A stretch of 64,000 nucleotides of DNA from Eledone cirrhosa (taxonomy: Eukaryota), in assembly GCA_964016885.1 (NCBI GenBank), contig OZ024740.1, positions 287,680,001-287,744,000 of the forward strand. The letters are read 5' to 3'. Within the stretch, counting starts at the first letter, position 1. Every line of letters begins with the position of its first letter. Both the position numbers and the translations under genes were made by a program. The notes under the pieces are model-generated. The model had not been told where the DNA came from and did not search any database. It saw nothing but the letters and a program-made list of their open reading frames with translations. Positions 12,518 through 25,230 of the stretch are shown here, piece after piece.

Positions 12518-13018
12518 CTAGTCCGACGAGGTAGCTTTCCTAGAGAATTCCACAATTCGCTCGGCAGACGCAGCGATCTGCTCCACCGAGCTTGAGTCCA
12601 CTATGGTAGCCAATATAATCTGTACATTGTTTGACAAACAAGAAAAAAATAGCTTTTTGATAAATGAACTATCCTCATTGGGCAATTCACTGAGGTCCCG
12701 AATGTGGCGTAAAAATTCGGACGGCGACTTGGCGCCTAAACACTCATCCTCCAATAATGCACAAAACCTGCTTTTAGCAGAATGGCAGTTTCTCCTTAAT
12801 ATTTCCGTCCTCAACGAATCATACGAAGTACCGGTTGGCGGGTCCATTATTAAATCTTTCACCGTGATGGCGAGCGACAAAGGTATACCACTAATCAAAA
12901 CATTGAGTTTCTGCTCTGTTTTAATTCCATTTGCAGCAAAATATGCATCCAGTTGTGCAAACCAGAGCTTGGGCTCACCGGAGAACGCAGGTAAATTAGG
13001 ACTACTCATCATTAGCAT
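12518..13018 (-). pseudogene. Gypsy gag N-terminal region
   Basis: LPAFSGEPKLWFAQLDAYF...YDSLRTEILRR...LGAKSPSEFLRHIR, inside the LTR element. Confidence 0.8.
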
Positions 13019-15129
13019 GTATCAGTTCCACATAAAAAATACTAAATGATATCCAAGTAAAGAAATGCAACGCATGTTAGATGTTCAGAACAACGAGAAA
13101 ACAACATAAATTTCCCTCAACATCGATGAAGAAAGAAGAAATGCAAAATCCGGAATCGACAAGTCACAATAATTCAAGGCAGAAAAATTAAATGTTTTTT
13201 TTTTTTTTAATTGGAGCCGGAGATGGCATCACATGATGCGTCTCAGCCAATCAGATGGCTGCATTTCGGAGAAGAAAGACAATTGGCGGACCAGTCAGCC
13301 AGTGTGAATTTCTTTTTTTGTGTTAAACGAACAATTTTCAATTTCGTTATTTTCGCATAGTTGCAAGAAATAAAATATTAGTTTCGTCAAATTTTTTTTT
13401 TTCTATGTTTCTCTAGAAGTTTTTAGAAGTCTTTTAGAAGTTTTTTTAGAAGGCTGTGTAATGCATAATCGGGGTCAACCACTTTAGACGATGTGTATTT
13501 GTGTATTTATGACTTGCAAAAATATTCAGAAGAATACGAATGGCTGGTGCATGTTTGTACAATCAGCTCCAAGAAAAATGCGTGTTGTCGCTCTACATTT
13601 TTCTTGCCGGAGTGTCTGTGTTATTTTTATGACGTCCGTTTGTGACATCAGAGCTATCACACCACGGTGTTGCTTCGCTACAACATCATTAGAAATATAG
13701 TATCAAAACAGTTAAGATAAGTGTGATTAAAACCAAAAATTATAGTAATGGCCTTGAAACTCCTACAAACTTAAGAGTCTATAGAGCAGAAAGGATTTTG
13801 TACAAAGTTGATATTTTCTGAGGCCATAATTTCTGGTTACATAAGAAATGAAGTGTGTTTTCTGATGACTCAACTACATTATATCAGTTAATGCATCTAA
13901 CTGTCAGTACTGGGCATTCTGAATTGAAGAACATGGACCACTATGATGGTCTTAGAGAGCATACAAGTTATATTATTAAAGTGACCTACATAGTATTTAT
14001 AAGGAGTCAGTAACTGGTCAAGTTTGAAGTGGGTGTAAGTAATTAAGGAAACTTACTGTCTTTACTGAACACAAAAAGATATCCAATAAGATGGAGGTTT
14101 ATGTATGCAAGTACCATAAAAATATCACATTGGTAGGTAAACTAGAAAATGTGGAGTTATCACAATATAATTTGGTGAATAACATTGTGATCTGGGGTGA
14201 TAGACAGAATAGAAGGGAGGTAAAAGAGTGGCAAAATATTAGGGATTATGTTGTCAGAGAGAGAGAGGTTATGATAGTGATGATGATGATGATGATGGTG
14301 CCGCCGCCGACTATAATTATGGTTGTTATACTCTGAACATAAACTTGGATCAGGTCTGTTTATCATTGCTATTGAAAGAAATAATAAATTTTAGGTGTAA
14401 AAAATGGTTGGATGCTCAAAACTACATCAAAGCGAAGAACATTCAGATCAATGGCAAATATTTACACTGACACTCTACAACTATGAACTCAGAAGTGTGT
14501 TATCAACTATGTATGAGTATATATCAACAGTGTGCAACAATGGGCTTTGATGACAACATTTTTAACCTATTAAATGTTTGGTAAAATGTAAAATGTTCAT
14601 GAATATGTTATACAAATCATAAGGACTACAACATTTACTGCAAACAAAAACTGAGGAATATTTCCCCAAGAAAAGTATTAAATGTTAACTTCAATAATTT
14701 TAAAAATTGAATTAGAAGCTTTCACTGTACATTAACTACAAAAAATAATCTAATATTAGGGTATATGACTCCCATTTATTTTGTTGTTGTTGTTATAGGG
14801 GTTCATATGCCTGATGTTAGACTATTTTCTTCTAATTCAATTTTCAAAATTTTCAATCGACACACCGTATCCTAATTCACATGTATTCAATTTTAATATA
14901 TTTTGGAGAATTTTTTTAAATTCAAATATTAAAAAAGGTGAGAGTGGAGGATTATTAATTTTCACAGTAGAAAAAGGAAACTGAGAATATATATATTTCC
15001 CACAATTCCCATCAATGCATGTGTGTGAATGTGTGTACATATATTATGTTATTCTCAAAGATTTAAGCTCTTTCTTGCAGAATTCAAGCCAGTCACAAGG
15101 CATTTTTGTTTTGAGTCAAGACAGTTTTA

Positions 15130-15345
15130 CATCATCATCAACATCATTGTTTAACGTCCATCTTCCACGCTAGCATGGGCTGGACGGTTTTGTCACACTT
15201 GAGGCAAGATTGGTTGGGACACTGTCTTGCTCGTACAGAACTGTTCCTGGGAGGTTTTCTACGGCTGGATGCCCTTCCTAACACCAATCACATTTACAGT
15301 GTGGACCGGGTGCTTTTTGTTGTGTCACCTACACGACTACTTTAC
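15130..15345 (-). mobile_element. RTE-tail-related SINE or LINE end
   Basis: GGATGCCCTTCCTAACACCAA core and (CAT)n. Confidence 0.7.
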
Positions 15346-15832
15346 AGTGGACGGAAGTGGGAGGATGGAGTAGGTGTGTGGGGTGTATATTGGGTTAAGA
15401 GGTGCCTACTGACTGTAAGTTTAAGTTTGTATGCAAGGGAAGGCAAGTCTTCTGTATAACTGCATATCGCCAAAGATCTCGATCCAGTGACATTGTCTTA
15501 GAGAGGTGTAAATATAGGAGTGAGTTAGTGTGTACACTTGTACACATGTTATGAACTGAGATGTCTTTTTAGTACATGGATGTTTTTGTGTGGATGTGTG
15601 AATAATTACTCTTTGAGTATGTGTGTGGTTATCATATGCACACATCTAGTTGTCTGTATATATTCGGGTCTTGTAAATCTTCATTGTTCCACAAATCAAT
15701 TGGATTTAGCAGATGCAGACTAGTTTGGATTGTTATTTGTAGTGCACCTATAATAAGAGGTACAAATGTGAATTTATAATCAAGATATAAAAGCTGTAAG
15801 TTCCATATTCTCTCAACCTAAAACAATACAGT

Positions 15833-16110
15833 GAAGGCACATAGCCTAGTGGTAAAAGTGCTGTGATTAAGATTGTAATGTCATGGATTCGATTCCTGGG
15901 CTGGGTTGCGTGTTGTGTTCTTGAGCAAAATACTTCCTTTCACGTTGCTCCAGTATACTCAGCTGAAAATGAGTACCAGCAATAGCTGGGGTTTAATCCT
16001 GCGATAGACTGGCGTCCTATCCAGGGGGAATTCTTGTACTCTCAGTTTTTTCATGCCATGAAACCTGGATAAGCACTGGCTCAATGTGCAGCTTGCAGCA
16101 CATGAGGGCA
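15833..16110 (+). mobile_element. tRNA-derived CORE/V-like SINE
   Basis: TAGCCTAGTGG A-box, GGATTCGATTCC B-box, GTGTTCTTGAGCAA and CCTGCGATAGACTGGCGTCC motifs. Confidence 0.65.
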
Positions 16111-16169
16111 TGCATGCATGCAAAACAATACATTCACATCTGCAAGAGAGCTGAGCTGTACAACAGTGC

Positions 16170-17175
16170 ATACCTTTTATTCCTTGCCCCATAGAACTAT
16201 ATTGCATCTTCAATGGATTTGAAGGTGTAGATGCATTCTAGTTTTGGTATGCTTTTGATATGACTGTCTGGGAAATCCTTTCTGTAGACAGCATCGTAAA
16301 TACCTTTTACAACTATGCCATGTCTCATGGGGAGGTAGTATCCATCTTGCAGACATTTTTGAGCAGTTGCTGAGGATATAAATGTTATCTTTCACGCTGG
16401 TATGGTACAATCAATATTTTTTTATACAACATAATGGTCTGGAGGCTTCCTTATCCCTCTTATTGATCAATTGTTTAGCAGTTATCTCCTGGTCCTAAAT
16501 AACAAAGGTGTTTTCTTCTAGGTGAGATGTAATTTATTAATCACAAGTAGCTTATGAGATATGTACCCATGCATTACTTTCTGCTGGTACAGTGAATGTT
16601 TCTCCTTGAGGTTTCTGTTTAAATAAGTTAATCTAATTACGTTTGGGTCATGAAGAAACAGATATACACTCAGTGTATTGTTCAAGAGATCTTCATCTAC
16701 TCTCAAGACACTGTTGTTTTCACTACTTAGTATGCATGTGAATATACTCATTTCTCTCTTTACTGTTCAACAGGTGTTGTCTGGGTGATACAATGCTACA
16801 CACAAAGGTCATTTGAACTGACATTATGCCTCTGACCCCTCCATTTCTTCATTTAACATAGATCCTGTCAGTGTCATCGTTGTTGTGAAAGATGACTAGT
16901 ATCTTTCTAGTTTACAGATTATTACAGATCTCACCATCTGTCCAGTCTAATATTCCAGCTGGTTGTACTAGCACTGGCACAGCAAAATCATTATGAGTTG
17001 TAGTCTTATTGAATATGATCAACTCTGATCTTTCAATGTTTGATGAGGTATTCCTTGGTCACTGGCTTTACTCACAGCACCAGCATATGCAAGCATTCGC
17101 ATCAATTCCAAAATACTTGTAGCATTGGAGATAGTGGAGATAGACAGGCCATTGATATCCATATTCTTTGTCTGG
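16170..17175 (-). mobile_element. Decayed R4/Dong-like (REL-type) LINE fragment
   Basis: YILSNCSKMSAR / YYLPMRH.IV zinc-knuckle region and MHGYISHKL; many stops and frameshifts. Confidence 0.55.
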
Positions 17176-18514
17176 TTGTCAATAAAATAAAATAAATACT
17201 TTCAATTGAGAGTATGAAAATAAAATGTTTCTAATAACACCAATCCGATACATTTTAACTAAAATGGAAGATTTATGGATGAGCAGACATTATGTAATAA
17301 TGGTTAACTAACGTGATGAGAGATTAAGAAAGCAAGACTTCTGTTGTTTGTTTCCAGCTTCAGCTAGTCTTATTGGCAGTCATTAACGACAATTATTGTC
17401 ACGTTATAATCAACCACAGCAGCTTTCAAACCACGTTCATTATAAACTAAGTTTGTAATATATCAATGATGTGTTAGTATTTAATTTTTATCCCACAACT
17501 TCTATAACCAGGAGGTTTAATTTTTAAAATAGGAGAAATAATACAGAAAAATATTTCTTGAATTGTATTTAGAGTTGTTGAAACGAGAAATGTAGACTTC
17601 TAGCTGTTCATTATCCCACTATGTTAGGATTAACACCTCAAAAGACGATTTGAATGAACACCCGTTTATAGATGTAAAAATGGAAGTTGATATATTGATA
17701 CAAAGTGTAATTTTTTTTTTTAAGGAGAGGGAAATATGTAATTAGTGAATTAAAATTATTAGTTGAAAAAAAAAGTACGGTAATATTAATTCAATTTTAA
17801 CGAATAAAGTAAATAAAATTGAAAGAACAGCTATAAAAGTACAGCTATGTCTTAAACAGGGTTTGCAAATTATTTTAAATATATCTATTTGTCATTTATA
17901 AACTACAACGGTTCCACCCTCTACCCCTTAGTGATATATATAGTCTTAGACAGGAAATCGAGTTGAAAGCTGAGCGAACTTTACAATGAACAAGGTAAAG
18001 CTGTGCTGAGTGTTAAAAAATGTGTTTTAAAGAAAGGGTTAAGTGTTAAGGACGATTATTTGGAGGAAGTTTGTACTAATGATAGAGGCGACGGAGGATG
18101 GGTAATGATAGAGTAGAGACATGCTAGGTTAAATAAATAAAGCATGCAGGGTTAATATGGGAGGGGAATGCATTATGGCAGTTGTGAGGGGAAGATGGAG
18201 TAACTTGCCAGCAATAAATGGAAGGGGTGGAAAATTATCTAGCCTACTGCAGTTTGAGATATATTGACAGTTCGCTAGTTTAAATCATGCTTTTCTGTAT
18301 GCGTGATATATAATGGATTCTCCGTCGTTTTATACGATGAGCATCAAGTTGTTCGGTAAACGAAGCTATTTACTCGTTAAATGAACATGTAACTGAGTAT
18401 TCCACAAACAGATGAAGCCTTAATTCCGGAAATTATAACTATAATTTTAACAAGCCAATTGAAATTGATATCACAGAAAAAAAATGTATGATTCTTCTTT
18501 TTATTCTTCTACTA

Positions 18515-19352
18515 CTACTTATTCCTGAGAGGGTCGTGGGGGAAGAGTCCTCAAACACTCCTTCCAGCAGGTCCTGTCAGAAGCAACTGCTTCCAACTTG
18601 ATCCGGTTGGATCCCCAAGCGTGACCAGCCATGCTCATGTTTGTTATGCAACCATCTTGCTCGGGGTCTCCTGTCGGTTGGTTTTGCCCGCAAAATCTGT
18701 CCAACGATTCTTTCCTGAAACATTCTAACCACATGCCCATAGTATCGGAGCTGTGATCGCTAAATTCGGAGAAGTAGCAGCTCCACCTGAAGTGACTCTC
18801 TAATCTCCGAACTACGCATTCTGTCGAGTAACGTTACTCCAAAGACCCTTCGGAGGAATCCCATTTCGGCCGCTTGAATTCGCGACCGTATTCTTTCGAT
18901 CATTACCCAAGATTCATGACCGGGTAAGGGTTAGCATGACTACCAAATTGAAGATAGCGGGTTTGGTTTTAACGCTTACCTTTCTTCTTCTGATAACTGA
19001 ATGCTGAAGCTGGCGCATTACTGCACCAGCTCCTGCAATTCTTGCACTTAATTCAGCCTCCTGCCGCCCGTCACCCGTGAACACGGCCCCAAGATACTTG
19101 AACTTCTCTATCTGCTTCAGTGGAACTCCATTCACATGTAGAGCGCACTGGGCAGGCTTCCTTGAGAGGACGAATGTCTCAGTTTTCGCAGCACTGACTT
19201 TCATTCCATTCATGCAGCACTCGGCACCAAACTCGAAGATCATCTTCTGTCGAGGTAAGTAACACCATGTCGTCTGCAAATTCCAGCCGACTGATTTTAC
19301 ACCAACCAGTCCATGATACCACTTCCCACCCGGCAATCCTGTTCATGTAAAT
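18515..19352 (-). mobile_element. RTE LINE 3' fragment (RT C-terminal part)
   Basis: FADDMVLL, GMKVSAAKTE, QIEKFKYLG, ELSARI; same family as 44570-45085. Confidence 0.85.
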
Positions 19353-19354
19353 AA

Positions 19355-21068
19355 TTGTTTCTATTGTTTGGCACAAGGCCAGCAATTACCCAGTGCATTA
19401 CTGGTACTTTATTTTATCGACCCCCGTAAGGATGAAAGGCAAAGTTGACCTCGGCGGGATTCGAACTCAGAACGGCAAGAGCCGTAACTATGCGTCAAAG
19501 CATAGCGTCCGACCCTCTACCGATACTGCCAAATAATTGTTTCTACTTTAGGCACAAGGCCAGCAATTACCCAGTACATTACTGGTACTTTATTTTATCG
19601 ACCCCGTAAGGATGAAAGGCAAAGTTAACCTCGGCGGGATTTGAACTCAGACTGTAAAGGGACGTAACTATGCTAGAAAGCATGGAGTCCGACCCTCTAC
19701 CGATACTAATGGTTTCTTATATAGGCCAGCAATTTTGGGGGTGGGAAAACCGGGCACTACCATGCTATTAGCTGTCAGAAGTGAAAGTTTCGTCAACCTT
19801 CTCAATCGTAAACATCGTTTATTTCCATATTACCACGCGTTATTTTAATAAAGCATATTGATGTAAGTGGAGTTACTTAAATGAAAATATAGGTGGCCCT
19901 TAAAAGGGCCAAATTAGAAAACAAATTTAAGTTAATTAGAAAACAAGTCATGGTTATCAAATAAATTGGATTTAATCATTTATATTTTCATAGTCATGGT
20001 TATCAATGTAGAAAAGAAGTCATTTTCACCAACAGTGGAATTACTCCTGACAGCTAATACAACGAACTTAAATGAATTTTCACCAACAGTGGAGTTACTT
20101 CTGACACCTAATATCATGAACTATATTTTCATAGTCATGGTTATCAAATTTTTTTCACCAACCCTATACATGAAATTGATAACATTGACTATGAAAATAT
20201 AAATGATTAAATCCAATTTATTTGATAACCATGACTTGTTTTCTAATTTGGCCCTTTTAAGGGCCACCTATATTTTCATTTAAGTAACTCCACTTACATC
20301 GATATGCTTTATTAAAATAACTGTTTCTACTTTAGGCACAAGGCCAGCAATTACCCAGTGCATTACTGGTACTTTATTTTATCGACCCCGTAAGGATGAA
20401 AGGCAAAGTCGACCTCGTTAACGCGTGGTAATACGGAAATAAACGATGTTTACGATTGAGAAGGTTGACGAAACTTTCACTTCTGACAGCTAATAGCATG
20501 GTAGTGCCGAAAGTCGATTAAACGACCCCAGTGCGTGATTGGTACTTTATTTTATCAGCTCCGTAAGGATGAAAGGTAAAGTTAACCTCGGCGGGATTTG
20601 AACTCAGATCAGAAAGGGCCGTAACCATGCTGCACAGCATGGCGTCCGACCCTCTATCAATACTTGTTTCTACTTTAGGCACAAGGCCAGCAATTACCCA
20701 GTGCATTACTGGTACTTTATTTTATCGACCCCGTAAGGATGAAAGGCAAAGTTAACCTCGGCGGGATTTGAACTCAGATCGTAAAGGGACGTAACTATGC
20801 TTGAAAGCATGGCGTCCGACCCTCTATCAATACTGCCAATCCACCGCGCTTATTCATGTAAATAATTGTTTCTACTTTTTGGCACAAGGCCAGCAATTAT
20901 CCTAGTACATTACTGGTACTTTATTTTATCGACCTCGTAAGGATGAAAGGCAAAGTTAACCTCGACGGGAATTGAACTCAGATCGTAAAGGGACTTTAAA
21001 TAATGTAAATAATGATTTCTAGTATAGGCACAAGGCCAGTAATTTGGGGGAAGGTGAAAGTCGATTAA
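19355..21068 (-). mobile_element. Cluster of about 7 co-oriented Nin-type SINE copies and fragments
   Basis: Repeated TGTTTCTAC...GGCACAAGGCCAGCAATT...TTTTATCGACCCCGTAAGGATGAAAGGC starting near 19355, 19537, 19710, 20322, 20664, 20866 and 21013. Confidence 0.9.
19753..20508. mobile_element. Foldback MITE with ~250-bp TIRs (Merlin- or MuDR-like ends)
   Basis: GGCACTACCATGC...GCATGGTAGTGCC; arms near-perfect inverted; 8-bp flanks GAAAACCG/GAAAGTCG; inserted into a SINE and itself interrupted by a SINE at 20322-20418. Confidence 0.85.
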
Positions 21069-21712
21069 TTAGGTAAAAGTTGATTGATTAAGTAAAAAAA
21101 CAAAATACATATACTACAGCAAGTGTCTTTCATCTTCAGGTCCCTATGAAAGAAAAAATGTTTACCTGTTGAATTCGAAGATTTCCAAGTCAAAGCGAAA
21201 GGGATCGCTTTTTTCCCACGTTAGTTATAAATATAATAACAATACTGAATTTTATCATTATTTTCACAATAACTTTCATTTCTGCAAAGTTAAACAGCAC
21301 TGTCACCTTTTCACTTAGGAAATTCCCCAACTTTCAGTTGCAGGGTCCAGAAATCCTGTTTCAATTTTGAGGCTCCAGCAACGAAAATGCACCCTACAGC
21401 GAAAATTAGCATTCCGAAATCAATAATATCAGTTGTCATCAACAGTGTTTAATATTCATTCTAAATAATAATAATCTCGGAATTTATTTCTAGTCTATTA
21501 CTGTCTACCCAGTCAGCAATATAATTATTATGTTAATGTTTTGCTTCTTGCCTGTAATTAGAACTGGACAACACCCATCACCAGAGATCACTCTTCGCGT
21601 GTATGGTACTCCTTTTATCTTACTTCGTGAAACCCATTAGAATCCTGGTTTATTTAATTTGAATCTGACCTTCAAAATTATTCATTTTCAAGTTACATGG
21701 TAGGTTTCTTAA

Positions 21713-22047
21713 CCCTAAACCTACGACAGGCAGGTGTCATTAATGGCTTCTTGTCAAAAAATTGGATTTGAATTTTTAAAATATTCTTCCCCATGCAATA
21801 TCTAAAAAACATTTTCGAAACACAAAAACTTCTACAAGAATTTGAGACGGGTGTTTTTGTAAAAATGTATCTTTCTTTTTTTTTTTTTTTATCGAGCTAA
21901 TAATTTGGTATTCGCTATATTACATCTCTCTCTTTTTTTTTTTTTTTACTGTACGCCAACAAGTCAGCTCTGAAATGAGCTGCACCATCTTTGTCGGCTT
22001 TTAGTTTTAGGAGACACCAACAATGAACTGTCTTCGAAACCTTAGGG
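21713..22047. mobile_element. Possible piggyBac-type MITE
   Basis: TTAA|CCCTAA ... TTAGGG|TTAT termini. Confidence 0.35.
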
Positions 22048-22129
22048 TTATCATCATCATCATGTATATATATATATATAAACCACTGATAAATGAAAAA
22101 TAATTATCTTATGTTGTTTATTACATAAC

Positions 22130-22199
<70 letters not shown>

Positions 22200-22209
<10 letters not shown>

Positions 22210-22746
22210 AAGGGAGGAGTGCGGGATTGTGTCCTGAATATATTTTTTATCTCGTTAGTAAAATAAGTTGGATTTTGGATTACTTTGAATAAATAATGAA
22301 TGAATATTACATAATTTATGTACTAAATTTCGTAACCATTGATTAAATATAAATAATTTTATTGCTTATTTCAAGATTCACTTCTTTAAAAAGTTTCAAA
22401 TGTCAATACTTCCGGTTATGAATTAATGGACGCTATGTCACATCGCTTATATAAACGTTCATATACTTGCATCATTATATAAGGTTTAATTTTCTGTCAT
22501 TAATTTTCTCCTTTTTCGTTTTCATAAAATTTTGCCGTAATGCAGTTTATATATAATATCGTCTTTTTAAAATGTATCATGAATTACTTTACTGATTACA
22601 GAAGAGAGTATAACACAGTCTCTTTTCAATTTCTGTGCATATTGCCATTACGATTTTATTTGACGTATCATATATGTGCGTATAATATCAATATGCACAC
22701 TACACATGCTAGCAGAAAACCACCCATCGGGTGGTTTTTCTGCTAG
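22200..22746 (+). mobile_element. Non-autonomous Helitron-like element related to 314-863
   Basis: Ends CTAGCAGAAAACCACCC-ATC-GGGTGGTTTTTCTGCTAG|T; shares TTTTCTCCTTTTTCGTTTT; 5' end lost in (TA)n. Confidence 0.65.
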
Positions 22747-22849
22747 TATGTATACATGAATGAACTATTAGGGCGCCTGTGAGCATGCACCACCAAGTGC
22801 GACAATCGGCCGCACCTCACACCTTAGGTGTTAACTACACACTTTCAAC

Positions 22850-23235
22850 CAAGCTAACACACTCGCAGCATTACCACAGGTGATAGCGAGGCTAAGGCAC
22901 TGAAATAACTATGCACTCTCACGAGCATCACCCGACACCTCAGTAAGGCGAGCCGCCAGCGATGGCAAGAACTTCGCTGTCAATGGCCCAACTCCACTAA
23001 ACGTTTCGAACGCCACAGGCAGGAAAAAATAATTATTTGATAAGTCCTGGTATTTCCGAATTTTATTCCGCTCGGCAACGGAATTAGTGACCATCACTTT
23101 CACCGCGGCGTCCATAATGTGGGAGGGAGCAACAGAATCACTGACTGTGACGTCCCAGATAAAACCGCCTGGTCTCTTTCTATCACTTTTGGATAAACCA
23201 GCCTGCTCCAGAACTGTGGGGATATTTATCCGAGC
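22850..23235 (-). mobile_element. CRE-like non-LTR retrotransposon REL endonuclease fragment
   Basis: WDVT, AERNKIRKYQDL, FLPVAFETF.GVG, GNAA motifs. Confidence 0.75.
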
Positions 23236-23423
23236 CAGGTGTTTATATTTTCATTCTGATAGAACTGTGAATAATTTGTAATGTTATTTATACAACTGCT
23301 AATAGAACTATTAAATATAATGTATTTATAGTAAATTTGTTTCATTAAATCCTTCGTAAATACTGCTTAATATTGGTTTAACACATGTATATAATTGATT
23401 GTATGCTAGTAAACACGATTGTT

Positions 23424-24600
23424 TTAGTATACCGTCATATTCAACCACGTTGACGTGGTTACAATCCCCCTTCTTCCCTTCCACAAAAAGCGAAAGAGCA
23501 AACGCTCCAGTGCAGTCAGACGAGGCTTAGGACAAGGCACGACGGCCAGGCGGTAGTAGATGACGGACGTGATGTATGCATTCGCTACCTCCGCTCGACT
23601 TTTCAGGGATAGCTTCCTCTCCGCCCATTTTTGGGTGAGAGAAGCCACCTTGCTCGTGGCCTCCTCCCAGTTTTTGTTCGTCTGGAGGTCCGGACCGAAC
23701 AAGACTCCTAGCAATTTAACCAGTCCGTCTGTCCAGCGCCCGACGACGCTGTTGGACGGCATGGACCTGCCTCTCCAGGTGCCGAGTTGCAGGCCTACTG
23801 ATTTTTCCTGGTTGATCATTGCTCCTGTCACCACCTCGTATTCTCTTAGTGTGGTGCCGATCGCCTCGATTTGTTTGGCATTCGACACCACGACGGTGAC
23901 GTTGTCTGCATATGATGACGCGGTTCTTTCGCGCGGGACCCCCCCCCCCCCTCAACATCTCCAATTTGTGCAGTAATGGCTCCAGAGTCAATACGTACAA
24001 CAGGGACGAGAGGGGACATCCTTGGCGGACCGAGCGCATGATGTTGAACGGTTCCGAAAGGTGACCGGTCACTCTCACCACAGAGCAGATGTTGCTGTGC
24101 ATGGCAGCAATCCAGCCTCTGAAGACAGGCCCAAAGCCAGCTGCTCTTAGGACTGCCGCCAGATGACGATGGTCGACTCTATCGAAAGCTTTCGACTGAT
24201 CTAAATTGATCAAGGACCTAGCTATGCCAGGTTCCCTAGCTACCCTCTCTACGATGTATCGCATGAGGTGGAGGTTGTCGTGGATGGATCTGTCTGGAAT
24301 GGCGTATGTTTGCGCCTCTCCCACCAGACCACCAACGACAAGCGCCAACCTCTTTGCTAGCACCTTAGCTAAAATCTTGAAGTCTGTGTTTAGCAGAGTT
24401 ATTGGCCTGAAATTATCTGTTATCCCCTTTGTTCGGATCCTTTCTCAGCAGTGCCACCGCTCCTCGGCTCACAGAGCTGGGAATTCTCCCGTTCTGCCGC
24501 CAGTTGCAGTAGACGTCCGCCAAGAGGTCTTCGAACAAGTCTGGCATATGTACGTAAAGTTCGTAGGGAAGACCATCCAAACCAGGCGATTTACCCATTG
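23424..24600 (-). mobile_element. Tx1/L1-clade LINE reverse transcriptase fragment
   Basis: KSPGLDGLPYELY, LINLDQSKAFDRVDH, VRQGCPLS, AYADNV, WAERKLSLK; frameshifted. Confidence 0.9.
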
Positions 24601-24639
24601 TTTCTACATTTGGCACAAGGCCAGCAATTGCCCCAGTGT

Positions 24640-25230
24640 ATTATACGAATGCTTCTTCCAGAATGGCACTCAGTTCTGCCGTAGCTCTCAAAGTCAGAAA
24701 GAGCCATGTCTGAGCGAAATGCTTTTCTTTACCAAGAAGCTTTAAATCAGTTGCGATGAATGAACCGGGACGTTGTCAGGATGCAGCTACCAGTTTCACA
24801 AGGCTCACAAATCCAGTTTCATATGCCGAACTGCATCACAAAAACATTGGAGGACTTTCCGATAGTACTCCTTTGTTACTGTTTACCCTTCTGGTGCGTA
24901 TCGTGATGCACAACGTCTCAGCAAAAAGACCCCAAAAGAAAAACGGTCAGCTCTGCACCTGACATTTATTTCTTTAGCCATGGTAACGGTGGATGCTTCC
25001 ACTGTAATGATTGAACTTTGGTTTGCGGGTCGTCATCTCTAATTATCAGATATTCAGGAATTCAAAATCCTTGTTAGTAGTATCGAGTGAGAAGAAAAGG
25101 CGACGAGTAAGTAATGCAGCACTTCACGCACCTGGTCGCCTGACATCGACTGACGCAACCAGTGAGCTTTTCAAAAACTTCGCATGCGCATGTATGTATG
25201 CGGTTTCACTGCCATTACTTACAACGTAAA
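24640..25230 (-). mobile_element. Decayed mariner transposase
   Basis: DPQTKVQSLQWKHP, VVHH..APEG.TVTKEYY, LHPDNVPVHSS, DMALSDF; multiple stops. Confidence 0.7.

Larger units (their letters stand above)
11068..13682 (-). mobile_element. Gypsy LTR retrotransposon, internally deleted
   Basis: LTRs 11068-11266 and 13483-13682; ACAT 4-bp TSD; PBS-like TGGTTGACCCCGA next to the 5' LTR; PPT GGAGGAGGG before the 3' LTR; gag and integrase remnants. Confidence 0.92.

Noticed and set aside
19892-20268. Histone gene
   Set aside because: Stem-loops are present but there is no histone coding sequence on either strand.
21100-21420. Possible exons with splice-like signals
   Set aside because: Candidate frames contain stops and give no recognisable peptide.
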